Below are positions 1 to 10,040 of a stretch of DNA of 64,000 bases, in pieces. A program made the position numbers and the translations under genes. Every line of letters starts with the position of its first letter. Positions within the stretch are counted from its first letter, which is position 1. The notes under the pieces are model-generated. The model saw only the letters and a list, made by a program, of their open reading frames with translations, had not been told where the DNA came from and searched no databases. This stretch comes from a virus. The stretch is taken from positions 278,014-342,013 of IMG/VR virus record IMGVR_UViG_3300028558_000016; one strand, written 5' to 3'.

Positions 1-1119
1 CTTGCAACGCTTTCTCATGGACCCGGTTCAGGAGTTAAGTGTCTTTATTTTGCAACAACCTCAAGAATAATCAGAGTAGACCTTGCAAATATTACCGCAG
101 CTTCTACAACTTTCGTATCAGACTCGATGGTTGAGGTTCCACCAGGATCTTCGACAACATATCCTTTGACTGCAGTAATGTCTCATGTTTTATATTCTTC
201 GATGATCGACAGACTTGTAATTCTTACGACCTCAGCAGCAGGACAAAGAGGTTATGTTACACAATACAACACGACCTCAGCACAATTCGATCACATATTT
301 TTAATAGATGACAAGAACCAGGATCAATCAACTGCTGCGGTAGGATCAATTCCTTATCCATCTCTTTCAAACACGCAGATGGTAGGAGGGATGCTAAATG
401 GAAGAATGTTTATTGTAAGAAACTCTGCTGCGGCAACTTTAAACCAGATGTACAATCTTCCAATAGGAGCACATTGGGCTTATACTTCTACATCAAATCA
501 GGTCTTGATAACTCCAAGCATTCCAACAACGAATGCCTTGAAATTCTATAGACTTTATGTAAACGAGATAAAAAGATTAGGAACAGATCCTTATGTAATT
601 CAACCGGAACCTTACAAAATGTATGCAAGAACTTCTGGTATTTCTACAAATTTAGGAACATGGACTCTCATAAACGATGATGGAGATCTTTCAGGATTAA
701 CACCTACTTCCGAAATACAAATCAAATTGGAATTCAACATTCTTGGAAGATATTGCATTCCTTCGAGAATAATGTCTTTGGCAGTCGTCTTTGAAGACAC
801 CACGACGGATTCACACTATGAACCTTCTATCGCGAACTCGAATGTTTCTACAAACGTATTCGCCTTCAGACAATCAACGGCTTTCGGATCAAACATCCCT
901 AACTTAAGGATTCAATTGTTCAACGCTGTAACAGGAGTTCCTATAATAGATGACAACGTAACGTCTTCAGCTTTTGGAACTTTCCAGTATTCTTCTAACA
1001 ACGGATTATCGTGGAATGCATGGAGCAATACCCAGGATGTTGTAGGAAATTACATAAGATATACAGCAACTTCTCTGCCAGGATCTACGAGAATTAGAGC
1101 TCTATTGACGCAAGCATAA
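1..1119 (+). CDS. Structural protein, probably tail-fibre/baseplate-associated; 5' end lies outside the window
   Basis: ORF 127..1119 has no in-frame stop back to nt 1, so the true start is upstream. Ser/Thr/Asn-rich and sits immediately before the fibre gene array. Confidence 0.45.
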   Translation, partial: LATLSHGPGSGVKCLYFATTSRIIRVDLANITAASTTFVSDSMVEVPPGSSTTYPLTAVMSHVLYSSMIDRLVILTTSAAGQRGYVTQYNTTSAQFDHIFLIDDKNQDQSTAAVGSIPYPSLSNTQMVGGMLNGRMFIVRNSAAATLNQMYNLPIGAHWAYTSTSNQVLITPSIPTTNALKFYRLYVNEIKRLGTDPYVIQPEPYKMYARTSGISTNLGTWTLINDDGDLSGLTPTSEIQIKLEFNILGRYCIPSRIMSLAVVFEDTTTDSHYEPSIANSNVSTNVFAFRQSTAFGSNIPNLRIQLFNAVTGVPIIDDNVTSSAFGTFQYSSNNGLSWNAWSNTQDVVGNYIRYTATSLPGSTRIRALLTQA

Positions 1120-1137
1120 AAATAAAATATTAAAAAT

Positions 1138-1287
1138 ATGCCAGTAGATGATATAGTTTTCCAAAGCAATCCACCATTCATTTTAGAAGTTCCCGCACAG
1201 ACACCAGGAACAATAAGAGCATTATCGCTTGATGGAGTATTCGATTTTACAAATGCTACTGAAATAATAACGATTCAAATCAGCTAA
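1138..1287 (+). CDS. Small hypothetical protein (49 aa)
   Basis: ATG 1138 to TAA 1285-1287, overlapping the next start as TAATG; no motif recognised. Confidence 0.2.
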   Translation: MPVDDIVFQSNPPFILEVPAQTPGTIRALSLDGVFDFTNATEIITIQIS

Positions 1288-2678
1288 TGATTAGATTAGA
1301 CACCATAAACAAATCACTAAGGATCTTCTCAGATGCCACAGCAACGACAACAGAACCAGTCTTTGTTACGGCATTCGATGACATCAATTCCACGACTCCG
1401 GTGTTAACGCCTGGAAGCAGTGATGGTGCAACTGTTGGAAATACTCCACAAACTGCAGTAGCTTCTCCGGTAGCTTCCATCTACAGAAATGTAAAATATG
1501 TAAACGTATTCAACAGTGACACAGTTTCACACGTCATCACCGTTGAACTATTAAACAATGCTACCACCAGAACCTTAATAAAAGTAACACTTAAAACGAG
1601 TGAGCAATTAATATACAATGATGGAGATGGCTGGGGAGTTATCACAGCTTTAGGAGAAAAGAAAGTAACCGGTGTTTCAGGATTCAGTGGATTCTCAGGA
1701 GTTTCTGGAATTGGAACCTCAGGATTTTCTGGATATTCTGGAGTAAGCGGCTTCTCAGGTGTTTCAGGTTTTTCTGGAATTTCTGGATATTCCGGTGTTT
1801 CTGGATTCTCTGGAACCTCAGGATTTTCTGGATATTCTGGAGTAAGCGGTTATTCTGGTGTCAGCGGATTCTCTGGTTATTCTGGAGTTTCTGGATTTAC
1901 TGGAGTCTCCGGACAAACAGGTGTTTCGGGTTTCTCTGGAATTTCTGGTCAATCTGGCGTTAGCGGATTCACAGGAGTTTCTGGATTTTCCGGCTACACA
2001 GGCGTTTCAGGTTTTACGGGTGTTAGCGGATTTTCAGGCATTTCTGGTGATTCAGGTGTTAGTGGTTTTACTGGATATTCTGGAATTTCTGGATACAGCG
2101 GAACTTCCGGTTTCTCTGGATATTCTGGAATAAGTGGAACTTCAGGCATCTCAGGTTTTACAGGAGTAAGCGGTTACACAGGTGTTTCAGGTTTCACGGG
2201 AGTCAGCGGATTCTCTGGATATTCTGGAGTGTCGGGCTATTCCGGAACTTCAGGATTCTCAGGTTATTCCGGTACTTCCGGCTTCACAGGAACCTCAGGT
2301 TTTTCTGGAATTTCTGGAGATCCTTCTCTTGGATTAATCACAATGAGAGCATCAAGAGCTTCAGCAAATACCACAAACATTTATCTGAGAGATATGGATG
2401 GCAATCCAATGAACCAAGCTCCTTTGGTGATGCCATACAATGGAACGATAATAAATATTTCTGCATCATCTAACACTGCTGGTCCTGGCGCATGGTCTGC
2501 AGAAGTAAGAGATAATGGAACTTTAATAGCAGGAGCAGTGATAAATATGACAGCAGTTCAAACATCAAACTTTGGAACATATTCGGTGAACGTTAATGCT
2601 GGTGCACTTCTAATGATATTCATGACAGGAACTTCCATAGATAGACCTGCAATAACAGTATTAATAAAGAGAAGATAA
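1287..2678 (+). CDS. Collagen-like (Gly-X-Ser)n tail-fibre protein with C-terminal globular domain
   Basis: About 72 uninterrupted G-X-S triplets ([11 protein letters not shown]...) from aa 128 to 344, flanked by non-repetitive N- and C-terminal domains. Confidence 0.8.
   Translation: MIRLDTINKSLRIFSDATATTTEPVFVTAFDDINSTTPVLTPGSSDGATVGNTPQTAVASPVASIYRNVKYVNVFNSDTVSHVITVELLNNATTRTLIKVTLKTSEQLIYNDGDGWGVITALGEKKVTGVSGFSGFSGVSGIGTSGFSGYSGVSGFSGVSGFSGISGYSGVSGFSGTSGFSGYSGVSGYSGVSGFSGYSGVSGFTGVSGQTGVSGFSGISGQSGVSGFTGVSGFSGYTGVSGFTGVSGFSGISGDSGVSGFTGYSGISGYSGTSGFSGYSGISGTSGISGFTGVSGYTGVSGFTGVSGFSGYSGVSGYSGTSGFSGYSGTSGFTGTSGFSGISGDPSLGLITMRASRASANTTNIYLRDMDGNPMNQAPLVMPYNGTIINISASSNTAGPGAWSAEVRDNGTLIAGAVINMTAVQTSNFGTYSVNVNAGALLMIFMTGTSIDRPAITVLIKRR
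1668..2320 (+). repeat. Coding 9-nt-periodic tandem repeat array (G-X-S triplets)
   Basis: Reiterated tctggaNNNtcaggtNNN units inside ORF 1287..2678. Confidence 0.8.
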
Positions 2679-2686
2679 ACATATAA

Positions 2687-4924
2687 ATGGCTCCATATTT
2701 TAAAATAACTACAACAGGAACAAGCCCATCAACGGTCATTTTATATGATCTTGGTGAGAGAACTTTTACACATCCTACTGTAGATTTAGATCTTCTTTTA
2801 GAATTTTCTTTAGAAGAAATCCAGAATTCTCTGGATCTTATTACTGCAATAGATGCTGGAAGATTAACGGCAAATTTAGACGGAACATCCGTAACTACTG
2901 CCGATCAATTCTATGCAAACCTCACGAGCGTTTCAGGATATTCTGGAATAAGTGGAACTTCAGGATTCTCTGGATACTCAGGGGTTTCTGGATATTCTGG
3001 AACTTCTGGAATAAGTGGAACATCAGGAATTTCTGGATATTCCGGAGTTTCTGGTTACACGGGCGTTTCAGGTTTTAGCGGCGTATCAGGTTTTTCTGGC
3101 GTAAGCGGATGGTCAGGAACATCGGGAATTTCTGGGTTTAGTGGAATTTCTGGATGGTCGGGAACAAGCGGAATTTCAGGAACCTCTGGTATTTCAGGAA
3201 CTTCAGGAGTATCCGGATTTTCAGGAACCTCTGGATATTCTGGAACTTCCGGCTTCTCAGGTTACTCAGGAACCTCAGGTTTTTCTGGATATTCTGGAAT
3301 AAGTGGAACATCAGGAATCTCCGGATTTTCTGGAGTTTCAGGTTTCACTGGAGTATCTGGTCTATCGGGTTTCTCTGGAAAAGCAGACAGATATTTAACT
3401 TCCTCAACAACTTCTTTAACGATACCTGTTGGATCTCCAGCAGTGCAAACATTAACCGTTGAAGCAGGATTAGCATATTCAGTTGGACAAGGCATTGTAG
3501 TTGCAAATGATTCAACACATTTATTCACAGGAGAAGTTCAATCTTACAATAATGTTTCTGGAGTTTTAGTTGTTATAGTTCAAACAGAATTAGGAACAGG
3601 AACATTTACTTCATGGACAGTTAACCTCGACGGAGTTCAAGGCGTTCAAGGAAATTCCGGTATTTCTGGATTTTCTGGAATAGCCGTATCAGGTTTCTCT
3701 GGATATTCTGGTGTTAGCGGTTTTAGTGGAGTTTCTGGATTTACAGGAGTTTCTGGTTATTCTGGCTTCACAGGAGTTTCAGGATTCAGCGGATATTCTG
3801 GTGTGAGCGGTTACAGTGGAACATCAGGATTTTCTGGTGTTTCAGGTTTTTCAGGTTACAGCGGAGTCTCTGGATTTTCTGGAGTTTCAGGTTATTCTGG
3901 AACATCAGGCGTTAGCGGATTTTCAGGAATTAGCGGATATAGTGGAACTTCAGGTTTCACAGGAACTTCAGGCGTATCAGGTTATTCAGGCGTATCAGGT
4001 TTCACGGGAGTCTCCGGATTTAGTGGATATTCTGGTGTTAGCGGATTCACAGGTGTGAGCGGTTATTCCGGATTTTCTGGTGTGAGCGGTTACAGTGGAA
4101 CATCGGGTTACTCAGGAACTTCCGGTTATTCTGGAACTTCTGGTACATCCGGTTTTTCGGGAGTTAGTGGATATTCTGGAGTTTCAGGATTTACCGGAGC
4201 TTCAGGTGTCTCTGGATTTAGCGGTGTTTCTGGTTACAGTGGAACATCAGGATTTAGTGGATATTCTGGAGTGAGCGGATATAGTGGAACTTCCGGTTTC
4301 TCTGGATATTCCGGTGTTTCAGGTTATTCTGGAGTTTCAGGATTTACCGGAGCTTCAGGTGTTTCAGGATTCACTGGAGCAAGCGGTGTTTCAGGTTTTT
4401 CAGGCGTGAGTGGATTCTCTGGATATTCTGGAGTTTCTGGATTCTCAGGTACATCTGGAAAGAGCGGATTTTCTGGAGTTTCTGGAAATCCTCCGACATC
4501 TTCTTATGCAGAAATGTACATGACTGGTAATGGAACTGCGACAGCAGTTGTTACTGTTTCTGTTCCATTAAAAGTTGCAGGAACTACGACAGCAGGAGAT
4601 AAGACTTCTGATTGGACCCATGCTTCTAATAAGCTAACATATACCGGAACAACTACACAGGAGTTCTTCTTGAATGTTTCTTTCTCAGCAAATTCTGCTT
4701 CGGCTTCAAAGAGCTTTAGCTTCTTTGTTTACAAGAATGGTTCAGCTGTTTCAAAGTCTCAGATCAATAACTTCTTAAGAAGTTCTGGTGATGATTTTGC
4801 TGGAGGCGTTTCATGTTTGATCTCTTTAGCAACAAATGATTTTGTTGAACTGTGGACACAGAACAATACTTCGGCATCGGATGTTACGGTATCTTATATG
4901 AATTTTAACCTTACAAGAATATAA
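2687..4924 (+). CDS. Collagen-like (Gly-X-Ser)n tail-fibre protein with two repeat blocks
   Basis: Two G-X-S arrays separated by a non-repetitive segment; C-terminal globular domain rich in T/S/N/V. Confidence 0.8.
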   Translation: MAPYFKITTTGTSPSTVILYDLGERTFTHPTVDLDLLLEFSLEEIQNSLDLITAIDAGRLTANLDGTSVTTADQFYANLTSVSGYSGISGTSGFSGYSGVSGYSGTSGISGTSGISGYSGVSGYTGVSGFSGVSGFSGVSGWSGTSGISGFSGISGWSGTSGISGTSGISGTSGVSGFSGTSGYSGTSGFSGYSGTSGFSGYSGISGTSGISGFSGVSGFTGVSGLSGFSGKADRYLTSSTTSLTIPVGSPAVQTLTVEAGLAYSVGQGIVVANDSTHLFTGEVQSYNNVSGVLVVIVQTELGTGTFTSWTVNLDGVQGVQGNSGISGFSGIAVSGFSGYSGVSGFSGVSGFTGVSGYSGFTGVSGFSGYSGVSGYSGTSGFSGVSGFSGYSGVSGFSGVSGYSGTSGVSGFSGISGYSGTSGFTGTSGVSGYSGVSGFTGVSGFSGYSGVSGFTGVSGYSGFSGVSGYSGTSGYSGTSGYSGTSGTSGFSGVSGYSGVSGFTGASGVSGFSGVSGYSGTSGFSGYSGVSGYSGTSGFSGYSGVSGYSGVSGFTGASGVSGFTGASGVSGFSGVSGFSGYSGVSGFSGTSGKSGFSGVSGNPPTSSYAEMYMTGNGTATAVVTVSVPLKVAGTTTAGDKTSDWTHASNKLTYTGTTTQEFFLNVSFSANSASASKSFSFFVYKNGSAVSKSQINNFLRSSGDDFAGGVSCLISLATNDFVELWTQNNTSASDVTVSYMNFNLTRI
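2927..3381 (+). repeat. Coding G-X-S triplet repeat array, block 1
   Basis: Tandem triplet-codon repeats within ORF 2687..4924. Confidence 0.75.
3631..4487 (+). repeat. Coding G-X-S triplet repeat array, block 2
   Basis: Tandem triplet-codon repeats within ORF 2687..4924. Confidence 0.75.
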
Positions 4925-4925
4925 A

Positions 4926-6950
4926 ATGAGGATAGCAGTTTTAAATAGCGACGGATTAAAGACCACACAGGACGATCAGCTTAAGTATTATTTTACTGTG
5001 GCAGATGGAACAGTTTTTCCAGGATCTCCTGCGATGACTGATGTTACTTCGCCAGATACTTTATATCTTTTCTTCAGATTTAATAGACTCGATTATTTTA
5101 TTTTTAAAGCTTCTGCTGTGTTATATGTGATTCCGAATTGGAATAGTTTGACATCGATTCAACAGGGTTATTATACGTCGAATTACATATTTCCAGGTGG
5201 CCATACTATATTAGATTATTATACGCAAACAGAAGTATATGAACTTAATCAGGATTTATTTTTAAGACCAGACGTAGTTTCTTTTGATCCTACGTTGTTG
5301 ACTGCTCCACTTGTCATACAGCTTCCAGATACTGGATTGACTGGAAAAATGATTACTACTCAGAACTTATCTGATGGTATCGGAGCATCGGGAGTTTCTG
5401 GATTTACGGGAGTTTCTGGTAAAAGTGGAGTATCTGGTTATTCTGGATTTACGGGAGTTTCTGGTTTTTCTGGATACAGTGGAGTATCAGGTTTTTCTGG
5501 ATATTCTGGAATAAGTGGTTACTCTGGAACATCCGGTTATTCTGGATTTACGGGAGTATCTGGATATTCTGGAGCTTCAGGAACATCCGGTTTGCAAGGT
5601 CCTAATGGACTTTCTGGTGTTAGCGGTGTTAGCGGTTATTCAGGAGTTTCGGGCTTCTCTGGGGTCTCAGGATTCAGTGGGTCTGGTGTTTCTGGGTTTA
5701 GCGGTTATTCAGGTGTTAGCGGTTTTAGTGGGTATTCTGGAGTTTCCGGTTTTTCAGGAACTTCAGGTGTTAGTGGATTTTCGGGGATCGGGACATCTGG
5801 ATTTACGGGGGTTTCTGGATTTAGTGGTTACTCAGGGGTTTCTGGTTTTTCTGGAATTAATGGAACTAATGGTACAAATGGAACATCTGGTTTTTCTGGT
5901 GTTAGCGGATATTCAGGAACTTCTGGAATAGGAACTTCAGGTTTTTCTGGAATAGGAACATCTGGTTTCTCTGGATATTCTGGAGTTAGTGGATATTCCG
6001 GAGTTTCAGGATACACTGGAACTTCTGGAGCAACTGGTCCAACAGGAACTTCAGGATTTAGTGGATATTCAGGTGTTAGTGGTTACTCAGGTGTTAGTGG
6101 ATTTACAGGAGCTTCCGGTGTTTCCGGTTTTTCAGGAGCATCTGGGAAATCTGGTTTCTCTGGTACTAATGGAACTAACGGTGCTGTTGGAACTTCTGGA
6201 ACTTCCGGATTTAGTGGTTACACAGGTGTATCTGGATTTTCAGGAATTAATGGAACTAACGGAACTTCAGGTTTCTCTGGAACAAGTGGAGTTTCAGGAT
6301 TTAGTGGTTTCTCTGGAAAATCTGGATTCTCAGGAACTAACGGAACAAATGGTGCTGCAGGTACTTCTGGAACTTCAGGTGTTAGCGGATTTTCTGGAGT
6401 CATTGCTCCTGTCTTGACGACCAAAGGAGATATATTAACTTTTTCAACAGTGAATGCAAGATTACCTGTTGGAACTAATGGACAGATATTGTTTTCGGAT
6501 TCTACACAAACTAACGGAATTAAATGGTCTAATGGAGCAAATGCACAATCATCTCCTACAGATCCAGCGACAACAGCTTCAACAACTGGTGTTATGATGG
6601 GATTAGCAGGAACTATCACACCGGTTACAACAGGAACTATAATGGTAATTATTTCTGGAGATTATGATATTACTGGAACAGGAGATTCAGGCCAAATTCA
6701 AATGAGAACAGGAACAGGAACAGCTCCTACAAATGGAGCTGCTTTAACAGGAACTACAAGAGGTGGTCTCGTTAAATTTTTAAATGGATCAAGTGCACCG
6801 GCTTCTTCAAAAAGAGAAGCATGGAGTTTAAATTGTATAATAACAGGATTGACAGTTGGAACAGCAGTATGGATCGATGTAAGTCAGGCTTCTCCATCAG
6901 GTGGTACTTTTAGAGCAAGGGACATAAGCATCTCAGCAATTGAAATATAA
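4926..6950 (+). CDS. Collagen-like tail-fibre protein with G-X-S/G-T-N repeats and C-terminal globular domain
   Basis: Long SGxSG array with interspersed NGTNGT stretches. Its N-terminal approx. 70 aa resembles ORF 6959..7618. Confidence 0.8.
   Translation: MRIAVLNSDGLKTTQDDQLKYYFTVADGTVFPGSPAMTDVTSPDTLYLFFRFNRLDYFIFKASAVLYVIPNWNSLTSIQQGYYTSNYIFPGGHTILDYYTQTEVYELNQDLFLRPDVVSFDPTLLTAPLVIQLPDTGLTGKMITTQNLSDGIGASGVSGFTGVSGKSGVSGYSGFTGVSGFSGYSGVSGFSGYSGISGYSGTSGYSGFTGVSGYSGASGTSGLQGPNGLSGVSGVSGYSGVSGFSGVSGFSGSGVSGFSGYSGVSGFSGYSGVSGFSGTSGVSGFSGIGTSGFTGVSGFSGYSGVSGFSGINGTNGTNGTSGFSGVSGYSGTSGIGTSGFSGIGTSGFSGYSGVSGYSGVSGYTGTSGATGPTGTSGFSGYSGVSGYSGVSGFTGASGVSGFSGASGKSGFSGTNGTNGAVGTSGTSGFSGYTGVSGFSGINGTNGTSGFSGTSGVSGFSGFSGKSGFSGTNGTNGAAGTSGTSGVSGFSGVIAPVLTTKGDILTFSTVNARLPVGTNGQILFSDSTQTNGIKWSNGANAQSSPTDPATTASTTGVMMGLAGTITPVTTGTIMVIISGDYDITGTGDSGQIQMRTGTGTAPTNGAALTGTTRGGLVKFLNGSSAPASSKREAWSLNCIITGLTVGTAVWIDVSQASPSGGTFRARDISISAIEI
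5381..6403 (+). repeat. Coding G-X-S triplet repeat array
   Basis: Tandem triplet-codon repeats within ORF 4926..6950. Confidence 0.75.
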
Positions 6951-6958
6951 ATACTAAA

Positions 6959-7618
6959 ATGAAGATAGCAAAACTTAAAACAACAGATGTCCAAGAAACA
7001 AGCCAAGGAATCTTGGACAATTATTATGCAGTTCAAGACACACACGTGTTTGATATAACAGAAGATGATGTTACTTCTGTGACCACTCTTTCTGTATTCA
7101 ATCAAGGATATGTGTTCGATTATCAAGTGTTCAGAGACTCGTTGATGACAAACATTGTTCCACAGTGGGCCAACATCTTATATGAGGACAGAAAGAAATG
7201 TGTTCAACATTACAAATATCCTGCAAACATAAGCCAGGAAGAATTCGATAATTACTTCACACAAGCTGACCACGAAAAGAACTGGAGCGTCATAACAACT
7301 TTATCAAGAGCGACAAGGCTTCAGAGATTGTTTGCCGCTTTCCAAAAAATTTCTTATGAATTGACGCAAGCACAGGTTGCTACAATATACATGACGACAA
7401 AGATGATGTTGATCGATTACTACTACGCGAATCTTCCACATATTTTATTTTGGATTCAGAACGGAGTTTATCCTCCAATGGGCATTAATTTTACGACAAA
7501 TGGTTTTCAACAAATGAGCGGCTTCTCTCCTACTTTGGAGATGCAACTCTTGGACATCCTCGTTAATGGTAATTATATAAACACCAGCAATGAGATAACT
7601 GGAATAAAAGTATTTTAA
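6959..7618 (+). CDS. Fibre-associated protein sharing the N-terminal domain of the collagen-like fibres, without repeats
   Basis: N-terminus MKIAKLKTTD..YY.V.D..VF parallels MRIAVLNSDGLKTTQ..YYFTVADGTVF of ORF 4926. Confidence 0.5.
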   Translation: MKIAKLKTTDVQETSQGILDNYYAVQDTHVFDITEDDVTSVTTLSVFNQGYVFDYQVFRDSLMTNIVPQWANILYEDRKKCVQHYKYPANISQEEFDNYFTQADHEKNWSVITTLSRATRLQRLFAAFQKISYELTQAQVATIYMTTKMMLIDYYYANLPHILFWIQNGVYPPMGINFTTNGFQQMSGFSPTLEMQLLDILVNGNYINTSNEITGIKVF

Positions 7619-7635
7619 AAGAACAAACCAAGACA

Positions 7636-8214
7636 ATGCAACTGTTTTTATCATCCGGCAAATCAACACCTCCACAAAAATATCTTGATCACAGATCAGA
7701 GATAAAGAATGGAGATTTACTTCTTTACAGAGGTTCAAGCTTAGTTTCAAGGGGGATACAATACTTTGATAAAGCATATTACAACCACATAGGCGTTGTT
7801 TGGATTCCAGAAAATTCCGGAAGAGTTCTTACGTTAGACATGTGGTCAGGTGGATTGACATGTCTTCCTCTTTCAAGAAGAATGTCAGGCTACAACGATT
7901 TTTGCATCTTGAGACCTAAGGTAGATGCTTCCATATCTTTCGAGGCTGTTAAATCTGTTCTTGGAATGTGGGATGGAAGAAGTGTTAATTATGATTTCGG
8001 TTTATTGCTGAGATTCATAATCATCAAGAAGACTGGAATAGACATAACAGGTCTAAGCGAGAAGGGAACTTACATCTGCAGCCAGTTCGCACAATACTAC
8101 TGTCAGCTGCTTGGAATAAACATCTTCGACGGCATCGACATGATCACTCCACAAGACTTTTTAAGGAAGATGGACTTGAACTTTTTTGACGTGCTTTTAC
8201 AAGAGAACAAATAA
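7636..8214 (+). CDS. Possible permuted papain-fold (YiiX-like) peptidase
   Basis: His-containing motif (YNHIGVV) precedes a Cys motif (GTYICSQFAQYY), as in permuted NlpC/P60-like hydrolases. Weak call. Confidence 0.3.
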   Translation: MQLFLSSGKSTPPQKYLDHRSEIKNGDLLLYRGSSLVSRGIQYFDKAYYNHIGVVWIPENSGRVLTLDMWSGGLTCLPLSRRMSGYNDFCILRPKVDASISFEAVKSVLGMWDGRSVNYDFGLLLRFIIIKKTGIDITGLSEKGTYICSQFAQYYCQLLGINIFDGIDMITPQDFLRKMDLNFFDVLLQENK

Positions 8215-8252
8215 TTATCAGGCGCGTATAACAAGAAAACGCGCCTGATACT

Positions 8253-9497
8253 ATGAGCATTCCAAAGCCTTCTAAAGAATCTGCTCTTCAACAGAGAGCA
8301 ATAAATCTGGAAAAGATCCACTACAAATTTCCAGAAGAAGATCCTGACATCATTCACTCGTTCATACAACACAATGGAACAACTCCGTCCCTTCATAAGG
8401 TGTGCGGTCCTTTCATCTATAACGAAGTCATCGACATCATTAAAACTTATTACGAAGGAAAAGAATTCGTCCAAGAATGGGAGATGGATGACGATTACCA
8501 CAAGTCATCAAGCTATAAAGTTCTTGATAATGGAAAATATACATTCATAAGAATAAAGAAGAGCTATCTTGCAATTGAGACTGATTATCTTATCACTGCA
8601 AAGAAGAACAAGTATAAGGATAAAAGATACGGTTGGTTGATCACGTCTGAGATAGAAATATTCTTTGATTTTCCAACAGGAAAACCGCAGGACCTCATTG
8701 ACAAATTAAAGAAGCTTGAGCTTGAGGTGAACAACGAACACAACAAGATCGGACTTATTTGCCAGGATACCGATGGTGGTTTATACACCAAGGACTTCCC
8801 ATTACTGAAGAACGATTTCGATTTCGATTTGAACCTTCATTACGGCTCTGGATTCTCTACGTTTCACGACATCACAATAAAGAGAATAGATGATTCCGAA
8901 AAAGGAATCATACTGTTGCATGGGACTCCTGGCACCGGAAAATCCTATTACATAAGGAGATTGATCAGAGACCTCATGCGAAGGAATAAGAAGATTCTAT
9001 ATCTTCCAAACAACATCGTCGATCTATTGGGAACCCCGCACTTCAATAACTTCTTATTGGACTTTGTTGATGATGCAATTGAATCAGGAAACAGAAAAGG
9101 TTTATTGATGGTCATTGAGGATGCTGAGAAGGTCCTATTAAAGAGAGAAAGCAATCCATACGGTGGTTCAGGCGTTTCAAACATATTGAACTGCACAGAT
9201 GGAATATTGAACGACTTCTTAAACATTCAGATCCTTGCCACGTTCAACACCAACATCGAGAACATTGATGAGGCTATTCTTAGAAAGAAGAGAGCCATCT
9301 CAGTTAAAGAGTTTGGAAAGCTTTCAATAGAGGATTCTCAGAAGCTTATCGACAGCTTGAACATCGAATACACCGCAACAGAAGAGATGTGTCTTGCCGA
9401 TATTTATTCCATTAAACAGGAAGAGGAAGACAAAATCTTATTAGGAGATAAAAAGAAAGCGACGAAGGTTTTAGGATTCGGTTCAGCAAAAAGATGA
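8253..9497 (+). CDS. Classic-clade AAA ATPase
   Basis: Walker A GTPGTGKS, Walker B LLMVIEDAEK, sensor region NCTDG, and second region ATFNTN..DEAILRKKR. Confidence 0.7.
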   Translation: MSIPKPSKESALQQRAINLEKIHYKFPEEDPDIIHSFIQHNGTTPSLHKVCGPFIYNEVIDIIKTYYEGKEFVQEWEMDDDYHKSSSYKVLDNGKYTFIRIKKSYLAIETDYLITAKKNKYKDKRYGWLITSEIEIFFDFPTGKPQDLIDKLKKLELEVNNEHNKIGLICQDTDGGLYTKDFPLLKNDFDFDLNLHYGSGFSTFHDITIKRIDDSEKGIILLHGTPGTGKSYYIRRLIRDLMRRNKKILYLPNNIVDLLGTPHFNNFLLDFVDDAIESGNRKGLLMVIEDAEKVLLKRESNPYGGSGVSNILNCTDGILNDFLNIQILATFNTNIENIDEAILRKKRAISVKEFGKLSIEDSQKLIDSLNIEYTATEEMCLADIYSIKQEEEDKILLGDKKKATKVLGFGSAKR

Positions 9498-9709
9498 AAT
9501 ACAAATACATAACGATAAGACAAGTTGATGGAGAGTTGTTTGAGCAACGTCCTGTCTTCAGGATCTTTAATAACAAAAGCAACGATCAGATAGGAATAAT
9601 TTCATGGTATAAGCCGTGGAAGGAATTTGTATTCTCTTCAAAGGAAAATTGCGTGTTCAACAACACATGCTTGAGAGACGTTCTTGATTTCATAGAAAAA
9701 CAAATATAA
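9494..9709 (+). CDS. Hypothetical protein
   Basis: ORF with ATGA overlap to the upstream gene; no motif recognised. Confidence 0.35.
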   Translation: MKYKYITIRQVDGELFEQRPVFRIFNNKSNDQIGIISWYKPWKEFVFSSKENCVFNNTCLRDVLDFIEKQI

Positions 9710-9710
9710 C

Positions 9711-10040
9711 ATGGAAGCACAAAAATTCTTAACAGACAAGAAGAAGAAATCATTCGTTGAAGAATTTCTTACGAATGGATTTGAGGATTTCTCTTTTGAG
9801 AACACCATGATGAAGGTCGTCAACGTGGACATTCACACATTGGTCGAAGGAGATCTAACCACAGTGATCATCACATACAAGGATGCTGTTGTCAACTTTG
9901 GAAAGCTTGAGGACAAATACTTCACCAAGCACATCCTCATTGACAAGAACCTTAACGTGTTGACTAACTTGACTTCAGAAGATGTGGTTTATTTAAAAGA
10001 ACTGTTTGACAGATTTAAAACCGAATACATCTTGAACTAA
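9711..10040 (+). CDS. Hypothetical protein
   Basis: ORF in the operon; no motif recognised. Confidence 0.4.
   Translation: MEAQKFLTDKKKKSFVEEFLTNGFEDFSFENTMMKVVNVDIHTLVEGDLTTVIITYKDAVVNFGKLEDKYFTKHILIDKNLNVLTNLTSEDVVYLKELFDRFKTEYILN

Noticed and set aside
1668-6403. Possible CRISPR array suggested by short tandem repeats.
   Set aside because: The period is 9 nt (3 codons), the repeats are in-frame coding sequence, and there are no unique spacers, leader or cas genes.
1858-6619. Antisense and alternative-frame ORFs inside the fibre genes (1858..2133, 3154..3462, 3262..3528, 3816..4058, 5515..5931, 5828..6016, 5989..6417, 6218..6619), including proline-rich PEKPEVPE reading frames.
   Set aside because: They are by-products of the 9-nt periodic G-X-S coding repeat being open in other frames. 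They have low-complexity translations and no independent start or stop context.
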